Shown here piece after piece: positions 1 through 64,000 of a stretch of DNA of 64,000 nt. The translations under genes were made by a program, and so were the position numbers. The stretch is from the human T2T-CHM13v2.0 reference genome, Homo sapiens. The DNA is taken from assembly GCF_009914755.1 (NCBI RefSeq), contig NC_060935.1. One strand, 5' to 3'. The notes below the pieces were generated by a model. It was not told where the DNA came from and made no database searches. It was given only the letters and a program-made list of their open reading frames with translations. Each line of letters begins with the position of its first letter. Positions within the stretch are counted from its first letter, which is position 1.

Positions 1-286
<286 letters not shown>

Positions 287-449
287 CTAAAGGGTCACCC
301 TGGGCAGGACTGGAGGGAGCTGACTTCCACCATGAACCAGAAGCATCCCTTGTCTTGGAGGTCTCTGGATTTTGCCTCTGGGATTCAGGAGCCGATGTCA
401 GTTGTGGGGGAGTTTCCAGGGGCGGGAGTCAGATCTGGGTGGTCCATAC

Positions 450-28025
<27,576 letters not shown>

Positions 28026-29321
28026 GACCGGCGGCGGCGGGTCCCCCGGGCTGGGCTCGGCTCCTGCGCCGCGCGCGGGAGAGGGGGCTGCCGGCCCTCG
28101 CCCCTCCTCCTGGCGCCGTGGGGAGCGAACCAGCGATCCCCGAAATGGCACGCAGAGCTGAGCAGGGGGGCTTGGGACGCCGAGAGGAGGGGCCGAGGGC
28201 CGCGAGGGGACGCGGCGGACGATTGTGGGGAGGGTCTCTGGCACCTCGAAGCGAAACACACAAAGGCAACGCCGCCCGCCTGCTGATGCCTCTCCGAGAG
28301 GCGCGGAGCCCGGGGCGGGGGCAAAGATCAGGGACCCCTGGGGGCGGGGTTTCGCCCTCGGCCCACACCCCCTGCCCCGGTTTGGGAGTCGGCTTCCTGC
28401 GAAGCGCTGACTGAAGGCGTCAGACCGAGGCCCCGGGAGGAAACAGACTTCGGGAACAAGGCTAGCACCAGAGGCTGCGCGCCCCGGGCATGGCCCCTGT
28501 CGGTGGGACCCGAGACGCCTTGTTGTGACGAGGTGGGAACCGTGGAAATTCGAACCCACGACGCCAGGTCGCTGTGCCGCTGAGCAGTTCTAGGCCTGCC
28601 CCCAGCCTGCCAGAAGGTCTGCACCCTAACGCCGGAGTGCGTTGATCTGTGGGTCCAACCGCTCCCTGGCCTGGGGCCCTAGCCACTTTTGAAGCCCCGG
28701 GCTCCTCTGGGCACCCAGGGGGCAGATGGCCGGCCTCCCGACTGCTGGTGGCAAGACCAGGAAGCAGCTGGCGCCGTTGGCAGTGGAGAGGCAGCAGCAG
28801 ATCTGGAAGGCTCCTCTTTGCCCCTTCTGCAGCTGCCCCAGGCCGTGGTCAGAGACTGGGGGGCTGCCTAGGGATTTAGGCAAAGAAGGGGTGCGGAAAT
28901 CAAAATCATCCCGCTGGGAGAAAGCTGAAAGGATAACTGATTTTACCTTCTGCTCCATGCAGTAATCTTTCCCTTAGCCACCCACAATTAGTCAAGATTT
29001 TGCTTAAATACTTCCAGGGGTAAGAAACTCACTATCTGTTAAGAAGCGGCCCAATCCAGTTTTGAACCACATTTGTTTTAAAGTGTCTTCACTTCCCAGT
29101 TGAACAATCCCTGTTCCTTTGGCCTTCCTGCTACCTCTGCCTTTACTGAGGTGCTTAACATTGGTGGCCACAAATGGACATGGCGTACCAGCGGTGGCCT
29201 GGACTCGTGCCTCCTTCCTGCAGACACCATACTTTTACTAATGCACCCTAATATTACGTTTTTGGCAACCCCATGATGTTAATTATGACACATTGAGTTT
29301 GCAGTAAAGAAAAACCACAGG

Positions 29322-30116
<795 letters not shown>

Positions 30117-32456
30117 TAACATAAGATGAATGCAATTTCCGTCATATCCATTCTGAGTCCCAAGGACCCTCGGAATCCTAAGGCATCTTTCTCTCTTGCC
30201 CCAAACATCTGAAGGTTACACTTTCCCCCTCCACTGCCCCTAAACCACCAATGTCAAATAGGTGCTCTTTTTTCCTGGCCCTAGGGGAGCTACCCAAATT
30301 TTCAACAGGCATACACAGAACAAGTGTCCACATGGCTTCCATATTTCATGCCATCTTCTCACACTCCAGCACACCTCAGCTACCTCTGTTCTTAGCTACA
30401 TTATGGAGCCCCACCTGCTCCACCTCACCCTGTAAAACTCACTCCCTGGCAGAGTTTGCTCCATATTGGCCAATGAGCAGCTGGAATAGCTGAGATGCAA
30501 CTTTGTGCTTGAAGAAAACCCACATCTACCCTAAGGAATTTAGGATACTTAGTACACAGTAAATTCCTGTTAGTGAATCTCCAAACAACGTCCAAACTGC
30601 CCCTGGCATTTCTTTCATTTCCCCATAAAGTTTCTGTGACCTTATGGCATTCACCTTGCTCCTATCAACATTTTCCCCTTTAGTTTGGTTTTTGTTTTTC
30701 TTGTCTTTTTGTTTGACCCTGAGGTTTCTCAGTTTGGACACAGAGTCTCTAACTTACTATTGTTCAAGACTAGTTCGGGCATATCCCTTGATTGCAGTTC
30801 CTGTGTTTCTTCCCACTTCTGTGGCTTGTGGTTTCTCAGTAACAAAAGGGACCCTCCACCGAGGGTGGAGGATCCAAGTTGTTGTTGGCTGCAGAATGAC
30901 AGCCTCTGGCTTGTGATCCCTTCAAATGGTCATGTGATGAGTCAGTGTTTCTATTATTCTCCCAAAGGTCCCTTCGTGCAGAGGCCTGGAGTGATGCTAG
31001 TTCATCAGCGCCTACATGGAATGGAGCTGTTCCAGTTGGCTACAGCCACGCTCCAAAGACAACCTTTCACCCCTAGAGAGGTGATTAATGGTGTTTAAGA
31101 GGGGATGTGGGAGTATGGCAGCAGAACATCAGTTTCCAAAGTTGGAATTCAATCCCGAGTGAATACACCCAAGAGTGTACAAAACAAAAAATCAGCAAAA
31201 CATAGCAAGGACTCCACAGGCTTCCAAATTCAAGACAAGTCATTGACAACCTTCTTCTCAATAGCAGGTCTCAGCAGCTGCAGGTCAGACCACAAAAGTG
31301 CCCCAGAATGATCATCCCACCACATTCTGTCTTTCTGATTATGACACCTTATAGTCAGCGCTCCCATCTAGGATTAAATTTTTAAAATAATCACAATGTG
31401 GAGACTGTTGCTTGCCTGCCTCATTAAAGCTGGCCTCTGGCAGGGGGGCAGGCCCTTTCAAATTCAAACTATGACTTCTAGAATTCAAATCACAGTGTTG
31501 GGTTTCCAGTTCAACCTGTGGTTTTTGAGAGGCTGATTATTTTTTGTTAAGACCCTTATCCCCCACCCCCAGAACTCTCAGAAGAGTAAGGGGAAAAAAA
31601 GGTAATAAAACACAAGGAATTCCTTCAGGGAAGGAAACTTCCTCCAGAAGACCCTCAAACCAGGGATGCTTCTTAGCTCTTTTCTTTTTAAGCTAGAATC
31701 TCTCAAAACCACAATTTGAACTTGCAACCACAATTTTCCTGACACTGTATCAAAGGCTGGTCTTAAAGGAGCCACCAATATGCCTAGTATCAACCCTACT
31801 CCACCGTGGGGACAGAGCAGCCTTTCTTCCCACCGGATCACTGAGAGAAACGTGGTCCCAGACATTGGCCCACCAAGCTGAAAAGAAGACAGGCTTTGTT
31901 TGCCAGACAGAAGAGTGAATCCCATATGTGCCCTACTCCTGCTGTATTCTCAAACCAAAAGCACCAAAGGTTCACTTGATTAGATCAGAGGAAACAAAAT
32001 GAGGGTCCAAAGGGCATGTGGCAACAAGCAGCTGGGAGGTACATGAGGAGCTACTAGGTGGCCTGGGGGCTAGATGACTGGACACTGCACACAGAGCTGG
32101 CTATAAAACCAGGAAAGGCAGTCCAGGCAACCCCCAGGCCCAGCAGGTTACCGACAGAGGCAAGTAAGAATCAAATGGTGTCAAGGACAACCAAAAAGAC
32201 CAGTGAATTTCTAAGCCCATCATCCTTGGGATCCCATCAAACAATCACGTGATGAAGAAGAGGTATAGATGTCTTCACTTTCACTACTTGAAAAGAGCTG
32301 TTCTAACAGCAAGGGCAAGTGAATGCAACAACTGCCATAAAAGGGAGGATACTGCCTAAGTTCGCAGTAAATTAAGAATAGTTAACCTGGAGTCCTGGAT
32401 AGCTGGGCAGGGTGAATAAAAGCAAAAACAAATGTACCTTTCTTCTTATATTCTAC

Positions 32457-32462
32457 TTTATT
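32457..32462 (-). terminator. DDB1: DDB1 polyadenylation signal AATAAA
   Basis: Plus-strand TTTATT; on the minus strand it is followed ~25-45 nt later by a U/GU-rich element TTTGTTTTTGCTTTTATT. Confidence 0.85.
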
Positions 32463-32764
32463 TGGTAAAACTCAGAAACTAACAATTCACATCCTCCCAC
32501 CTTCTTCTTTCCGAAGAAGGCAGTTTGCAGAGACAAAAGGGCTGTGGCGTGGGGATCATCCACCATCTCCAGGTTTTACACCCAGGCTACCCATGGCTTG
32601 GCAGTCAGGCCTCTAGGCCTGATGCTCTCAGAGGCAATAGAAGAAAAGTAAAAGGAAGGTCTCACTTCACAGACAATGAAACCCTCCTAACCCTCTTCCC
32701 CACTACCCACAACTCCCTACACTGCCAATCTAAATAAAAAGAGGACAATGCATGAGTGTGAGAT

Positions 32765-32803
32765 ACACATACACACACACACATACACACACACACACGC
32801 ACA
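32765..32803. repeat. Interrupted (CA)n in the DDB1 3'UTR
   Basis: ACACATACACACACACACATACACACACACACACGCACA. Confidence 0.9.
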
Positions 32804-33123
32804 GCTTCCTTTCAGCCAAAGAACTGCAAAATCCTTCCCCGGAAGGAGGACAACTGGCAACACCAATCAAGGCTTGGTGGTCTAAGGTGATGGCTGGAAT
32901 CATGTGAGACTGGTAAAAATCCAGGGAGAAAATGTTTCACCTTCAGCTCATTCCCAAGTCTCTATGAAGCCCGCCCCACTTCCACATAGGGGAACTGTGG
33001 CTCTGGGGGCAGCTGGCTTAGGGAAAGGCCTCCCATGGCCAAGAAGACGATGGTGGAGAGGAGGGGGAGGGCAGCAGGGCAAAGCCTTTGGGGAGGGTCA
33101 GCAAAGGGGCCCCCTGCCCTTGG

Positions 33124-63044
<29,921 letters not shown>

Positions 63045-63601
63045 CTATCAAAAGAGGTTCTTTTTAAAACAGGAACAACCTGTCCAGTCTTTAAGCACAC
63101 CAAATTCTTTAAGAATTTTCCAAATTCTTCTCTCCCTAAAGAGAAAATACATGGTGAGCTTGTAACCCACACTAGGTACACATACACCCTAAGGGCATGT
63201 ACAAAAAGCCAGAACTGAAGCTGGTAAACATCTAGTTCTCACTTTCATGATTCTCCATCTCTCTGTTCTACATACAAAGTCTTCATCTATTTCAATCTCA
63301 AGCTAATCTCAATCATCCCATTCAAATTCTGAAAGATGAATGTAATGCCTCCTCCACTCCTCCCCAAGTATTTGAAGAAAGAGAAAAAAAATGTGGGAAT
63401 AACAACGGAAGCTAAAATGGATCAACAAAGTCCTACTTATTTAACACAGACTCCAAAAAATTGCTGTTTTGTTCAAAGGGTTATAATTAAAATTTTGAAC
63501 CCACTGCTTTCTTGCCAGATTCAGTTAAGACAACATAAAGCAATGTGGTGGTGATTTGGATGAAAACATTTGCGCTAAAATAATGAAAATACTGATGGTA
63601 A

Positions 63602-63916
<315 letters not shown>

Positions 63917-64000
63917 TAACATAACTGTAAATGCTTGCTATATGATAGGCCCTATGTTACTGAATCATTTCATCGTCACAACAACCCAGGGGATTTGATC

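Larger units (their letters stand above)
32440..33123 (-). other. DDB1: DDB1 3'UTR (3' end approximate)
   Basis: Lies between the stop codon and the AATAAA; contains a (TG)n tract. Confidence 0.8.

Noticed and set aside
28026-28559. Open frame upstream of and in frame with the VWCE ATG (possible N-terminal extension)
   Set aside because: Starts at a non-ATG codon probably upstream of the TSS, has no in-frame upstream ATG, and would bury the signal peptide.
28500-28620. Possible tRNA gene
   Set aside because: Only a T-arm-like motif; no acceptor stem or anticodon arm, and A-B box spacing is too short.
32415-32420. Plus-strand AATAAA facing the DDB1 PAS (possible convergent antisense gene end)
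   Set aside because: Explained as the complement of DDB1's U-rich downstream element; no plus-strand exons found.

Overview
Human/primate genomic DNA, dense in Alus. By sequence recall this is the VWCE-DDB1 locus at chr11q12. It holds two tandem minus-strand multi-exon genes. (1) VWCE (URG11; EGF and von Willebrand factor C domain protein): CpG-island promoter and coding exons 1-16 (28025->450, 1965 nt, 655 codons); the remaining 3' exons lie left of the window. (2) DDB1 (CUL4 E3 ligase adaptor): coding exons 3-27 (63026->33124, 3213 nt including stop), 3'UTR and poly(A) signal at 32457-32462; exons 1-2 lie right of the window. All 41 exons were placed by splice signals and join in frame. The rest is Alu, MIR, L2, L1, MaLR LTR, MER/MADE1 DNA-transposon relics and simple repeats. 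There is no CRISPR array, rRNA or supportable tRNA, and I see no evidence of a wholly new gene system. The strongest signals are: an AT-AC minor-spliceosome (U12) intron in DDB1; a GC-box-rich patch in VWCE intron 7 that could drive a signal-peptide-less isoform from an exon-8 ATG; a ~1.3 kb higher-order CA/UG repeat filling VWCE intron 13; a 27-bp duplication creating in-frame alternative acceptors; an intact SETMAR site in a MADE1; and an HNF4-type DR1 in the VWCE promoter. Exon numbering and repeat subfamily names come from recall and pattern recognition, not from a database search. Repeat boundaries are approximate.
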